From NCBI GenBank assembly GCA_030390025.1, contig CM059432.1:144524001-144588000 (forward strand): DNA of 64,000 bases, in the 5' to 3' direction. Shown here in pieces: positions 24,713 through 37,989 of this stretch. The stretch is from Squalus acanthias. Its lineage: Eukaryota. The notes beneath the pieces were generated by a model. The model had not been told where the DNA came from. It searched no databases and saw only the letters and a list, made by a program, of their open reading frames with translations. Every line of letters starts with the position of its first letter. Position 1 is the first letter of the stretch. A program made the position numbers and the translations under genes.

Positions 24713-24980
24713 TTACAATACAACAGTGACTACACGACAAAAGTACTTCATTGGCTGTAAAGCGCTTTGGGACATCCTGAGTTCATGAAAGGTGCTATAT
24801 AAATACAAGTCTTTCTTTCCTTAAAACCTACCTCTTTGACCAAGCTTTTGGTCACCTATCCTAATATCTCCTTATGTGGCCCAGTGTCAAATTTTGTTTG
24901 ATACAATCGCTCCTGTAAAGCGCCTTGGGACGTGTTACTATGTTAAAGGTGCCAAATAAATGCAAGTTGTTGTTGTTGTT
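24713..24980 (+). mobile_element. SINE 3' tail followed by L2 3' end
   Basis: SINE tail ending AAATACAAGTCTTTCTTT, then LKTYLFDQAFGHL and (TTG)n. Confidence 0.75.
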
Positions 24981-25579
24981 AATCTTTCGTGAAAGGGCCT
25001 TCCATCAGACAATCCTGACGCGGCCCACACACTAAACATTGCTGTGTTTTTAATCCAGGAACGTGCATTTGACAATGTTTACTGGCCAATTCTGTCTCTT
25101 CCACGGAACCAGCTTGTGGGGTGGGTGATCTTATAGATCCCCCTTCCCCCCACTGGACCTGGGTTCTCCTGAGTCTAGATGTATCTCAGTGCCGGGTTTG
25201 GAGAGGAGTACCCGACTGACGAGGAGCATTTGCTGCAGGAGTGCATTCGATGTTTTTATCAACTCTCACGTCTGGTGGCTGCCTTTGCTAATACCCAGGA
25301 GTCCCCGTGGATTGTTGAGCACTGTGCCAGCACCATAGCTGCTACCAAAGCAAAACAGGCAGCCCCCCCCAAGGCTATGTTTTACTATTTTGAATTGTAG
25401 GAAGTAACTAAAGAAAAGCAATAAAAAAGTTGAATGTAACATAGTATAGGAACAGTGAAGATAAGAACGGTAAAATATGTGTAATGGTAAAACATTAACA
25501 GTTGTGGGCAGCCATATTTACTCAGCAGAAATCTGGCCCTGACTACAGCCCTGTGCGGTGTAATCACACACCCTATGAA

Positions 25580-26015
25580 GAAAGACACTTGCATTTATAT
25601 AGCACCTTTTACGTCTCAAAACAATTTACAGACAAAGAAGTACTTTTGAAGTGTAGTCACTGTTGTTATGTAGGAAATGCGGCAACTATTTGCAGACAGC
25701 AAGATCCCACAAACAACAATGTGATAATGACCAGATAATCTGTTTTAGTGATGTAAATTGAGGGATAAATATTGGCCCCAGGACACCGGGGAGAACTCCC
25801 CTGCTCTTCTTCGAAATAGTGCCGTGGGATCTTTAGCATCCATCTGAGAGGGCAGTCAGTCTCAGTTTAATGTCTCATCCGAAAAATGGCACGGTCAATA
25901 GCGCAGCACTCCGCTGAAGTGTCAGCAGGATTATGTGCTCAAGTCCCGGAGTGGGGAGGTAATGTATGACCTTGACTCAGAGGCCAGTGTGTTACCACTG
26001 AGTCAAGACTGACAC
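25580..26015 (-). mobile_element. tRNA-derived Deu-domain SINE (SacSINE1-like)
   Basis: Collinear with 39793-40262. Confidence 0.8.
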
Positions 26016-26145
26016 TACGCACAGATTTATTGGTTGCATCTAGTTTGCTTTGGTTCTCAGTATACAGCATCTGCACCTTAAGCACAAGATCTAGGCTGAG
26101 ACTACACGGCAGTGCTGAGGGAATGTTGCACTGTCGGAGGGGCAG

Positions 26146-27015
26146 TAGAAACATAGAAACATAGAAAAATAGGAGCAGGAGTAGGCCATTCGGCCCTTCG
26201 AGCCTGCTCCGCCATTCAATATGATCATGGCTGATCCTCTATCTCAATACCATATTCCCGCTCTCTCCCCATACCCCTTGACGCCTTTTGCATCTAGAAA
26301 TCTATCTATCTCTTTCTTAAATATATTCAGTGACTAGGCCTCCACAGCCTTCTGTGGTAGAGAATTCCACAGGTTCACCACCCTCTGAGTGAAGAAATTT
26401 CTCCTCATCTCAGTCCTAAATGTCCTACCCCGTATCCTGAGACTGTGACCCCTCGTTCTAGACCCCCCAACCAGGGGAAACATCCTCCCTGCATCCAGTC
26501 TGTCTAGCCCTGTCAGAATTTTATACGTTTCAATGAGATTCCCTCTCATTCTTCTAAACTCTAGTGAATACAGGCCTAGTCGACCCAATCTCTCCTCATA
26601 CAACAGTCCTGCCATCCCAGGAATCAGTCTGGTGAACCTTCGCTGCACTCCCTCTATGGCAAGTATATCCTTTCTTAGGTAAGGAGACCAAAGCTGCACA
26701 CAGTACTCCAGGCGTCGTCTCACCAAGACCCTGTATAACTGCAGTAAGACATCCTTGCTCCTGTACTCAAATCCTCTTGCAATGAAGGCCAACATACCAT
26801 TTGCCTTCCTAACTTCTTGCTGCACCTGCATGTTTGCTTTCAGTGACTGGTGTACAAGGACACCCAGGTCCCTCTGTACATCAACATTTCCCAATCTATC
26901 ACTATTTAAATAATACTCTGCCTTTCTGTTTTTCCTACCGAAGTGGGTAACTTCACATTTATCCACGTTATACTGCATCTGCCATGTATTTGCCCACTCA
27001 CTCAACTTGTCTAAA
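26146..27015 (-). mobile_element. CR1 LINE 3' fragment
   Basis: ORF 26334-27035 (WQMQYNVDKC..LEYCVQLWSP..FFTQRVVNLWNSLP); (TTTCTATG)n tail. Confidence 0.93.
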
Positions 27016-28517
27016 GTACTGTGGAAGCGCTGCACTGTCAGGGAGAAGTACTGTGGGAGTACTGCACTATTAGAGGGGCAGTACTGATGGAGCGCTGCAC
27101 TGACGGAGGGTCAGTCCTGAGAGAGTGCTGCACTATTGGAGGGGCAGTGCTGAGGAACTGCTGCAATATTGGTGCGGCAGTGCTAAGGGGGCACTGCACT
27201 GTCTGAGGGGGCAGTACTGAGGGAGCGCTGCACTGTCACGGGGCAGTGCTGAGGGAGCACTGCACTGTCCGAGGGGGCAGTACTGAGGGAGTGCCGCACT
27301 GCCGGAGGGGCAGTACTGAGGGAGCTCTGAACTGTCAGAGGGGCAATGCTGGGGGAGTGCTGCATTGTCGGAGGGGCTGTGCTGCATTTTCGGAGGGGCA
27401 GTGCTTGGGGAATGCTGAACTGTCGAAGGGGCATTGCTTGGGGAGCACTGCACTGTCGGAGGGGCAGTGCTGAGGGAGTGCTGCACTGTCGAAGGCACAG
27501 TACTGAGTGAGTGCTGCACTGTCGGATGGTCAGTACTGAAGTAGCGCTGCACTGTCCGAGGGGCAGTACATAGGGAGTGCTGCACTGTCACAGGGCAGTG
27601 CTGAGGGAGCACTGCACTGTCCAAGGGGGCAGTACTGAGGGAGTGCCGCACTGCCGGAGGGGCAGTACTGAGGGAGCTCTGAACTGTCAGAGGGGCAATG
27701 CTGGGGGAGTGCTGCATTGTCGGAGGGGCTGTGCTGGGGGAGTGCTGCACTGTCGGAGGGGCAGTACTGAGTGAGTGCTGCACTGTCGTAGGGGCAGTGT
27801 TGTGGGAGTGCTGCACTGTCGTAGGGTTAGTACTGAGGGAGTGCTGCACTGTTGGAGGGGCAGTGCTGAGGGAGAGCTGCACTGTTGGAGGGGCAGTGCT
27901 GAGGGAGTGCTGCACTGTTGGAGGGGCAGTGCTGAGGGAGTGCTGCACTGTTGGAGGGGCAGTGCTGAGGGAGTGCTGCACTGTTGGAGGGGCAGTGCTG
28001 AGGGAGTGCTGCACTGTTGGAGGGGCAGTACTGAGGGAGTGCCGCAATGTCGGAGGGGCTGTGCTGGGGGAGTGCCGCATTGTCGGAGGGGCTGTGCTGG
28101 GGGAGTGCTGCACTGTCGTAGGGGCAGTGTTGTGGGAGTGCTGCACTGTCGTAGGGTTAGTACTGAGGGAGTGCTGCACTGTTGGAGGGGCAGTGCTGAG
28201 GGAGAGCTGCACTGTTGGAGGGGCAGTGCTGAGGGAGTGCTGCACTGTTGGAGGGGCAGTGCTGAGGGAGTGCTGCACTGTTGGAGGGGCAGTGCTGAGG
28301 GAGTGCTGCACTGTTGGAGGGGCAGTGCTGAGGGAGCGCTGCACTGTCTGAGGGGGCAGTACTGAGGGAGTGCCGCACTGTCGGAGGGGCAGTACTGAGG
28401 GAGTGCCGCACTGTCGGAGGGGCAGTGCTGAGGGAGAGCTGCACTGTTGGAGGGGCAGTGCTGAGGGAGTGCTGCACTGTTGGAGGGGCAGTGCTGAGGG
28501 AGAGCTGCACTGTCGGA
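27016..28517. repeat. 33-bp minisatellite derived from a SINE segment, about 45 copies
   Basis: Unit GTGCTGAGGGAGTGCTGCACTGTYGGAGGGGCA; matches SINE sequence at 47341-47372. Confidence 0.93.
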
Positions 28518-29031
28518 CAAGGGTAAGGGGTAGAGTTAGGAGAGCAGGAGAAAATAAAAGGATGGCGATGGAGCGGGACGTGCCTGCTGTTACTTTCAAT
28601 GCTCTGCTCTTTTGCTTCTTGCCTCACCAACAGTGCAAAGTAACTCACCCCAGGCGAGTTATCGAGTGGAATTGGCAGCTCTGCCTTGCTCGTTTGTTTT
28701 TTGATCTGAACCCATCTCATATTTAAGGAGGGTATGTGAAGGATTCTCGGGCTTTCCTTATTGTATATTCAAAGCATTCCAGACGAAACAAAGCTAATAA
28801 TTGTGTGTTCCACATTGACGCACCCTTGCAGGATCCCATTTCCCTGTCCCAGTTCTTTCAGTGAACTCTTTACTTATCATTTGATTTTAAATTTTGCTCT
28901 CACTCACTTATTATCTCTTTAAAAAAATAATTAAAGAAAAACCTGTTTCCTGAATGAGAGAATTTCCGTGGCAACAGCAAGACAATTGGTAATGCTGTAA
29001 GTTTTATTGTGTGTGATTTGGCCAGAATGAA

Positions 29032-31908
29032 GGCCGTGAATTTAATCGCGCTGAGAGGGCGGGTTTGGAGGCGGGTCCGCTGTCAAAATAGCAAAGATTG
29101 ACAGCGGGTAGGAAACCCGCTGTCCACCCGCCTCCACGCGAGTCTCCCAGGTGTCGGGTCTGTCAGCGGAGAACTGACCAGACACCAAGCGGCGGGGGAG
29201 ACAATTCAGCTAATTAAATGGCTTGTTAAGAGCCAATTTAAGACTATTTTGAGGCTTACTTCTAATTTTACCTTCTCCCCCATGGGTTACCCGCTGTTCA
29301 GGGAACACACCAGCTAAACCGGGCGTGTTTTGACTCTGCTCTGATGTTTGTGAAAAGCTGACAGCTGCAGAAGTAAGTGGTGTAAAGGATGCCATGTTGC
29401 AGATGGTGAGTTTCAGAGCACAGAAAATGATGGTTACTGCATTTTTAATACATATAGAGATTTCTTTAGTTTACAAGTTTTTACATCCAACTGTACGTCC
29501 AGTGCCACCTCATTGGGAGAACCTCTCTCACCATTGACAGATCGCTTCTGTCATCTCACCTACATCGGTGCCCTTGAAAAAAATCAGTCCTTGGTCCTCC
29601 GAATCCTTCCACGATCAGCCCCAACACCAACATCACCAGGCACACCAACATCAGCAACAACATCACCAATGCTTCTCCGCCATCACCTGATGCTGCACTG
29701 GACACAGGGCATCGGTCCCTGACAACATTGCTGGCCGGGAAGCCTGCGACAGCATCACCATGGCCAGATTTACTTCACTTGACGCTGTAAACCCTGGCTG
29801 CCACATGATGCGCCAGGTTGACATCATCCCACACCAGCACCGTGAAGCATCCCTTTAATGTCCAAGCCATTCCATGCACACTCATCACTATAGCGCCGGG
29901 GGGGAGGGCGGGGGGGGGGGGGGGGGGGGGTGGAGAGGGGGAAGTTATCACTGAACAACCACTGGAACTCAGTAAGACACTTCTCAAGGTGTGCTCAGAT
30001 CTGTCCAATAAGGGGCACTTTTGGAAAAAAAGATTTCACTGTATGAGAAGACATTACCAGAAACTTCACATGGACATTGGCTAAACCTCTCAAGTGCCTA
30101 CCCTTGTGTGTTGTTAGTTGGTATGCTTGCAGTAGGATGAGGGTGAGTGTGAGGGGTGGCGAGTGAGATGGAGAAGTGATAAAGTAGATAGCAAGGGTTG
30201 GGTGGAGTGGCAAGGTAAGTTGGTGTCCTGGGGAGGTCTCTTCCGCCCTTGAAAGGGAAGAGAACCTCCCTGCGTGCTGTGACTCCCTCCATAAGCATAT
30301 GGAGGGAGTCATTGGAGAGCCTGGGTGCAAGCGTTCACCTTTGTGCAGTGAGTGTCAGTGTTTGCCGCACCTCAAAGCTGTCAAATACTGACAGAACAAC
30401 AACAACAATTTGTATTTATACAGCGTCTTTAACGTAGTAAAACGTCCCAAGGCCCTGCACAGGAGTATTTTAAGACAAAAAATTTGAGACCGATCCACAG
30501 AAGGAGAAATTAGGGCAGGTGACCAAAAGCTTGGTCAAAGAGGTAGGTTTTAAGGAGCGTCTTAAAGGAGGAAAGAGAGGTAGCGAGGCAGAGAGGTTTA
30601 GGCCGGGAATTCCAGAGGTTAGGACCTAGGCAACAGAAGGCACGGCCACCAAAGGTTGAGCGATTATAATCAGGGATGCTCAAGAGGGCAGAATTAGAGG
30701 AGCGCAGATATCTCGGGGGGTTGTGGGGCTGGAGGAGATTACAGAGATAGGAAGGGGCGAGGCCATGGAGGGATTTGAAAACAAGGATGAGAATTTTGAA
30801 ATCGAGGCGCTGCTTAACCGGGAGCCAATGTAGCTCAGTGAGCACAGGGGTGATGGGCGAATGGAACTTGGTGCGAGTTAGGACACGGGCAGCCGAGTTT
30901 TGGATGACCTCAAGTTTACGTAGGGTGGAATGTGGGAGGCCAGCCAGGAGTGCGTTGGAATAATCAAGTCTAGAGGTAACAAAAGGCATGGATGAGGGTT
31001 TCAGCAGTGGGCGAGTTGAGGCAAGGGCGGAGACGGGCGATGTTATGGAGGTGGAAGTAGGCGGTCTTAGTTATGCTGCGGAAAAGTGGTCGGAAGCTCA
31101 TTTCAGAGTCAAATATGACACCAAGGTTGCGAACAGTGTGGTTCAGCCTCAGACGGATGCTAGGGAGAGGGATGGAGTCAGTGGCTAGGGAATGCTCATC
31201 CAGAACTGTATGTCGGACAAGCAGTCTGACAATTTAGACACCATGGAGGGGTCGAGAGAAGAGATAGTGAGGTAGAGCTGGGTGTCGTCAGCGTACATGT
31301 GGGAACTGACGCTGTGTTTTCGGATGATGTCGCCAAGGGGCAACATGTAGATGAGAAATAGGAGGGGGCCAAGGATAGATCCTTGGGGGACACCAGAGGT
31401 AATGATGCGGGAGCGGGAAGAGAAGCCATTGCAGGTGATTCTCTGGTTACGATTAGATAGATAAGAATGGAACCAGGCGAGTGCAGTCCCACCCAGCTGG
31501 ACGACGGTGGTGAGGCGTTGGAGAAGGATGGAGTGGTCAATCGTGTCAAAGGCTGCAGACAAGTCAAGAAGGAGGAGGAGGGATAGTTTACCTTTGTCAC
31601 AGTCACAAAGGATGTCATTTGTGACTTTGATGAGTCTCGTTTCAGTACTGTGGCAGGGGCGGAAACCTGATTGGAGGGATTACAACTGCCAAACTCCATG
31701 TGGACGTGGTCCCTTTAAGGAAACCGACTGATGACGCGTCATCAAATGACGTCATCAGACCCGCTTCCTGTTATTTGGCCGGGGCGGGCTTAACAAGGCC
31801 AATCAAGGGAAAATCATGTCTGCAGAGCGGATGCAGCTGGGAGCGGGACCGGAACCCGGAAACCAGCTCTCCCGCCCCCATCCCGCCTCCTCCATTAAAT
31901 TCGCAGCC
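29032..31908. mobile_element. Harbinger deletion derivative with Myb/SANT remnant, interrupted by L2
   Basis: TIRs GGCCGTGAATTTAAT / ATTAAATTCGCAGCC; minus-strand LAPRLSNDSLHMLMEGVTARREVLFP (~30255-30332) homologous to exon 1 of the Myb gene; shares blocks with 19267-20139. Confidence 0.8.
30395..31680 (-). mobile_element. L2 LINE 3' fragment (partial RT)
   Basis: SAAFDTIDH, GVPQGSILGP, YADDTQLY, SRLDYSN, LHWLPV; (TTG)n tail. Confidence 0.93.
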
Positions 31909-32435
31909 AAAGACTTTCTTCTGTCTGTTGAAAAAGTGAATACCTATGACGTTGTTCAAGACAACCAGAATTTTATCCCGCTCAACGTTCCGCTGCTCCC
32001 GCTCAACTCTCCGCTGCACCATGGAATCAGTCTGATAGGTATGCCGCCCCCCCCCGCCCCCAACCCCCTACTATTCCTGGCCCTGGCATCCATTTTGCGT
32101 CACACCTGTGAAACATCTTGGGACGTTTTTCTACTTTAAAGTTGCTGTAGAAATGTTTGTTGGTCTTGTTGCTTTCTCCCCAGCTGGGCCAGTCAGCAAG
32201 AGTATCACCAAGCTGCCCCCAAAATACATATTCTTAGAAAACATTTCCCTCTTGGGTTTCTCTGATGGGGCATCTCATCACAGAAACAAGTGCCGTTCAT
32301 ACTCCAGATCAGGATGTGGGTCTAGCTCCATGTAAGGTTGGGAAACCGTACCTTTACATGAATGACAAAGAACTGCACTGCTGCAGGAACAGTTTAATTA
32401 AGATATGTAGCATGTTCTATCGCACAATACAATGT

Positions 32436-32866
32436 GCCAGCTTGGCTCAGCGGTAGCACTCTCGGCTCTGAGTCATTAGCTTGTAGGTTCAAGCGACTTG
32501 AGCACATATTCCGAAGGCCGACACTTCCGGTGCAGCACTGTCGGAGGTGCCGTCTTTCAGATGAGACGATAAAACGAGGGCCCAGTCTGCCCTCTCAGGT
32601 GGATGTGAAAGATCCCATGGCTTCATTTGAAGAAAAGTAGGGGAGTTCTCGCCAGTGCCCTGGCCAATATTTATCCCTCAACCAACACCACCTAAAACAG
32701 ATTATCTGGCCATTCACCTTATCTCTTTTCCTTCTGAACCAATTGCTTATTGCTGTTTGTGAGATCTTGCTGTGCACAATTTGGGCTGCCGCATATGATG
32801 ACATAACAGCAGTGTCGACACGTCAAAAGTAATTCATTGGCTGTGAAGCATTCTGGGATGTCCCGT
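32436..32866 (+). mobile_element. Deu-domain SINE (SacSINE1-like), diverged
   Basis: TGGCTCAGCGG A box, GGTTCAAG B box, Deu-like core. Confidence 0.8.
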
Positions 32867-33854
32867 GAAAAAGTAAAACTTCCAAATTCCTAGCTGGAAG
32901 TATTTTCTCTCCCTAATTAGCATTGTAATCCATGTTTACATCGATTTAGCAGCAAGTCAAATGCATTGTTAGTAATAGAAGACGCTGCTGATGTGCACTC
33001 ATTTTTTCAGTCATTTATTTCATTCCTGCTTGTGGGAGCTTTCTGTGCGCAATTTGGCTGCCGCGTTTCCTAAATTACAACAGTGACTACACTACAAAAG
33101 TATTTCATATACGTTGTGTATTATGTCAGCTCTCAAGAGTGCTTGGAAATTGTTAAATAGGCTAATGCTTGAAATGGTTTTGTGGTAAAATATTGTAATA
33201 CAAACTGGGCGAAAAACCTCCGAAACTAAAAGGAATTAATCCAGAAAGTATTAAATCATCAGTTGAGGGCGCATTCACGTTCTAACTGCAGCGCTGGTGA
33301 AATGTTTTCGCTGCAGTTATGGTGTAAGTGGAGTCAGGACCAACCTATCTCCAGGGTGACGCAGGAGCAGGGAGTGTCCCCCGAGTCTCACTCTGCTGTA
33401 AATTCAGGCCTCCACACCCGATTTACACTCCACACATTCCTTCTTGTGGAGAAGCCAAAGCCGCTAAAGTTGCGGGTGCTGGAATTCCTCCGCCCTTCCG
33501 GCCGGAGGTCTGGTGGAAGGGCTCGGGGCAAGTCCAGGACCCCGATACACCAGCTCCCAACCTTGCCTCACAGTCTCCTGAAGGCTGCTACGAGGCCACT
33601 GATGCAGGAAGTGACGGGGGGGGGGGGGAACGCTCCAGTGTTCCCGGTCTCTCAGAGGCCTGGTCTCCTGAAGCAGCCCTTGCTTCCAGTCCAGCCACTT
33701 GCATTGCAATTTGTGGCGTTCCCCACAAGCGGGTGCCCTATATGGCGTGGCCGCCACCAGGGAATGCTAATGAGGTGACAGCCCCTTCTGACTCCACATG
33801 CTCCACGATCGTTAGGCCATAGATCTTCAGGCCTCTACTGGCATATTAATTACT

Positions 33855-33946
33855 CTGTACCTTTGCCTGACGAAGGGGCGACAGCTCCGAAAGCTTGTAA
33901 TTTTAAATAAATCTGTTGGACTATAACCTGGTGTTGTGCGACTTCT
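33855..33946 (+). mobile_element. Solo Penelope-like pLTR end with hammerhead motif (33863-33900)
   Basis: 13-bp TSD CATATTAATTACT (33842-33854 / 33947-33959); TTGC-CTGACGA-A-GGGGC-GACA-GCTCC-GAAA-GC-TT-GTAA. Confidence 0.8.
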
Positions 33947-35106
33947 CATATTAATTACTGATTGCTACCTGTGCCCCAACAAATAATTATCCCTTAAACC
34001 AACATTACTAAAAAAAAATAGATTGTCTGATCATTTATCTCATTGCTCTTTAATGGGATTTTGCTGTGCACAATTGGTTATATAGCGCTTTGGGACATCC
34101 CGAGGATTGTGAAAGGCGCTGTAGAAATGCAAGTTAATTCTTTCTTCACCAAATGGCCTGCCTCAAAGTTTGACCAGAAGTAAAAGAAGTCAAATATTAC
34201 ACTTTACAAACTAAACTAAACCCTTTCAATCAAGAAGATGATTTTAAAAGAGGGCTCCCGCTGTAGCTCAGCAGAGATACACAGAGTCTTTGAGCCACGG
34301 GAGGAAGAGAAAAGAGAGGGAAAAAAAAGACTTTTAAAATATGTCCTCTAGTAAACTATTGTACTTCGGAGGTTTGTGACGGAAGGCGCTGAGGGCAGAT
34401 TAGCGCAAGCCTTGGGTTTACTGTGGATTGCATTACTCGTGTCTGTTTCAGACAATCTCTGTCTGCAATAATTCTGCAATGGATATCATATTTTGGCACA
34501 GACAATGACCATAATACCCTAACTTCATTAATGCAATGAAATATTTATGGTACAAATAGGTTTCAGGTTTAAGAGAAAACACATCGGTAACGAGTACCGT
34601 TTCGGAGGACTGATGGCATCTCGATACAGTGGGACCTAAAGACGGAGGTTTGTTGGCAATGGTGCTGCGTTATCCACAGCTCACACCTCACGGGATCATC
34701 AGAGATTTTCCACAGCTCAATGAGGAGATGGTTATTGTCTTGTTTAAACGCGGCGTGGATGTACCAGTAACACTAGGATCAATGGTTAAGGAACTTTGAT
34801 ATGGGCAGTTATTACGCTGCTCCATTGAACCAGTGCCTTGGAATTAGAAAGAGGGTAAATTTACATTCTTCCATTATGATTAACAGAACAGACCTTTCAG
34901 AAGGGAAGGACAGAGGCTGTGGGTGCTGAGTATGAAAAATAACACCAGGAAAGTGCCTTTCAGATAATAATGGGAAGAATGGGTTGGGATATTTTCAATG
35001 GGATGTCTAGATGCTGATTTCTATTGTGTATTTATTACCATAATATTGTTCTTACGCTGGATTTCACGGTATAACATTGTTCCAAGCTCAGAAGTGAGGC
35101 AGGGCC

Positions 35107-35878
35107 CTGGTCACACACCTTGAGCACCATGACCAGGTCTGGTCAAACTGCACCTTGTATACCGTGTCCAGTTCTGCCCAGACCCACATTGAGTACTGTG
35201 TCCAGTTCTGGTCAGACCACACCTTGAGCACTGTGTCCAGGTCTGGTCAGACCCACCTTGAGCACTGTGTCCAGTTCTGCCCAGACTCACCTTGAGCACT
35301 GTGTCCAGTTCTGGTCAGACCCACCTTGAGCACTGTGTCCAGTTCTGCCCAGACCCACCTTGAGCACTGTGTCCAGTTCTGGTCAGACCCACCTTGAGCA
35401 CTGTGTCCAGTTCTGGTCAGACCCACCTTGAGCACTGTGTCCAGTTCTGGTCAGACTGCGCCTTGAGCACTGTGTCCAGTTCTGGTCAGACCCACCTTGA
35501 GCACTGTGTCCAGTTCTGGTCAGACCCACCTTGAGCACTGTGTCCAGTTCTGCCCAGATCCACCTTGAGCACTGTGTCCAGTTCTGGTCAGACCCACCTT
35601 GAGCACTGTGTCCAGTTCTGCCCAGACCCACCTTGAGCACTGTGTCCAGTTCTGCCCAGACCCACCTTGAGCACTGTGTCCAGTTCTGGTCAGACCCACC
35701 TTGAGCACTGTGTCCAGTTCTGGTCAGACCCACCTTGAGCACTGTGTCCAGTTCTGGTCAGACCCACCTTGAGCACTGTGTTCAGGTCTGGTCAGACCCA
35801 CCTCGAGTACTGCGTCCAGGTCTGGTCAGACTCACCTTGAGCACTGTGTTCAGGTCTAGTCAGACCCACCTGGAGCAG
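35107..35878. repeat. 34-bp minisatellite derived from CR1 ORF2, about 22 copies
   Basis: Unit GACCCACCTTGAGCACTGTGTCCAGTTCTGGTCA corresponds to the CR1 coding segment LVRPHLEYCVQFW. Confidence 0.92.
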
Positions 35879-36030
35879 TAATATTAATGCAACATCTGAC
35901 CCATTCCCATCATAGTTTTTGGTATAATTAGGGACATCAGGTTTAGTTTCTGTTACACACTTTCTGCCATCTCCAAGCTAGGGTACATGCTATCTAATGC
36001 CACAGTGTTAACAGGTGGGCGGAAACGATT

Positions 36031-36636
36031 CAGTTCCACACACAGTCACTGTCCAGTTTCACACACAGTCACTGTCCAGTTCCACACACAGTCACTGTCC
36101 AGTTTCACACACAGTCACTGTCCAGTTTCACACACAGTCACTGTCCAGTTTCACACACACAGCCACTGTCCAGTTTCACACACACAGCCACTGTCCAGTT
36201 TCACACACACACAGCCACTGTCCAGTTTCACACACACAGTCACTGTCCAGTTTCACACACACAGTCACTGTCCAGTTTCACACACGCAGCCACTGTCCAG
36301 TTTCACACACACAGCCACTGTCCAGTTTCACACACACAGCCACTGTCCAGTTTCACACACACACAGCCACTGTCCAGTTTCACACACACACAGCCACTGT
36401 CCAGTTTCACACACAGCCACTGTCCAGTTTCACACACACAGTCACTGTCCAGTTTCACACACACAGTCACTGTCCAGTTTCACACACGCAGCCACTGTCC
36501 AGTTTCACACACACAGCCACTGTCCAGTTTCACACACACAGCCACTGTCCAGTTTCACACACACACAGCCACTGTCCAGTTTCACACACACACAGCCACT
36601 GTCCAGTTTCACACACACACAGCCACTGTCCAGTTT
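36031..36636. repeat. 23-27-bp minisatellite with variable (CA)n: (CA)n-GYCACTGTCCAGTTT
   Basis: Direct inspection. Confidence 0.95.
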
Positions 36637-37989
36637 CTTGCCCAAGTCGCCACTCTTATGGATCAGCCTGATGTGGCGATATTTCAGCCGAGCACAGTCC
36701 TGCCCTGACACCCAGATCCACATGCTTTCCAGCAAGGTTCACTGGAAAAGAACAGGGATGGGGACTCCAGCTCATTTTCTCCTCCCTAACCCGGGGCTGT
36801 TGTGGCCGAGTATCATACACTGACCAATGTCCTGGGTGAGATCTGCGAATTCAGCACAAAATAGGTATTGAAGCTGAAGTTTTTGTCCCTGTATAACAGA
36901 GAGTGAGACAGGGCGGTGCATGTAGCCAGTCACCCCAACAACTGTCACCTTCGTTTCCTTTCTCATGCATGGACAACATCCCGATACAATGACTTGAAAG
37001 TGTGCTGGAGATTCATTAAGGCATTTTGCTTTACATGGTGGTACAAAGTAGTATTTTTGCTATTAGAAAACGGGCTGCTAACAATGAGATGCAAAAATCT
37101 ATATGGGACAAGCATGCCATAGTTCTGAAATGCTGCCCATTATCTCATGAAGGTAAGGCTTGATTACAGAAAAATACCAGAGAGAAGGCAGAAGCTTCCA
37201 AAGAATAAAGGAGCCTAGAAATCACTGTTGGAGACATTAGCGGACAAACACTTAACGCGTTTGTAAGACATTCCTTTACCCACTATTTTAAATCGGGAAT
37301 TAACCTGTTCGTTGCTGTGCTAAAATAGCACACAAAGAATCAGCGTAAAGCTGGGCGAAGAGCTCGACCGCAATCATCTCCACCAGTAATTTCCATGCCA
37401 TGGTTTCGTTCTTTTCCCCCAAATCAAATTCCAATTTTCTAAAAGCATAAATTATACTAAGTTTATTGATTAGAATACAAGTGTACTAGATGTGTTTGGG
37501 GTTTTGCTGCGTTGATGCACTCTCAGATATTGCACTATTGCGCAGTGGCTCCGATCAGTGCTCTCATTACACCAACTGCTGTACTTGCAAAGCACCTGTT
37601 CCCTTCAGCCCTTCAAACTTATGTTTGGAAACAAAATCACTCAGCTTAAAATTCTAACAGAATAAAATAAGAGCTTAAAATCCCCCCCTCAGAATTCCAG
37701 TCACCTTTCCTGCAGACCTTCCTTACAGGTGTGTGCCTATTTTGATTCATTATACAAAGAGCTACATTCCAGTGAGGCAGCCCATTCAAGAAACCACACA
37801 ATCCCCCAGTGCCTAATTACATTACCCACTTTCATGATTAAGAGGCTTTTTTCATCAAGAGTAACCAGGTAATAATGGATGCAGCTGCTGCACACACTGC
37901 TCTGCCGTTTGCACAGCCTCTCCACAGCCACAGAGTCTCAGGGCAGGAGTTCAAACAAAGCGCACCAGCCTGCTTGACAGGACGGGTGA

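Noticed and set aside
25179..25400. 73-aa ORF with plausible composition
   Set aside because: No recognisable domain or convincing splice context
27133..28726. Mucin-like STAPPTVQHSL ORFs
   Set aside because: Artefact of the 33-bp SINE-derived minisatellite
33263..33840. GC-rich segment with 164-171-aa ORFs (similar patch at ~60935-61390)
   Set aside because: No recognisable protein; probably decayed MITE remnants, but termini and TSD could not be defined
35987..36823. His/Thr-rich ORFs
   Set aside because: Translation of the (CA)n-containing minisatellite
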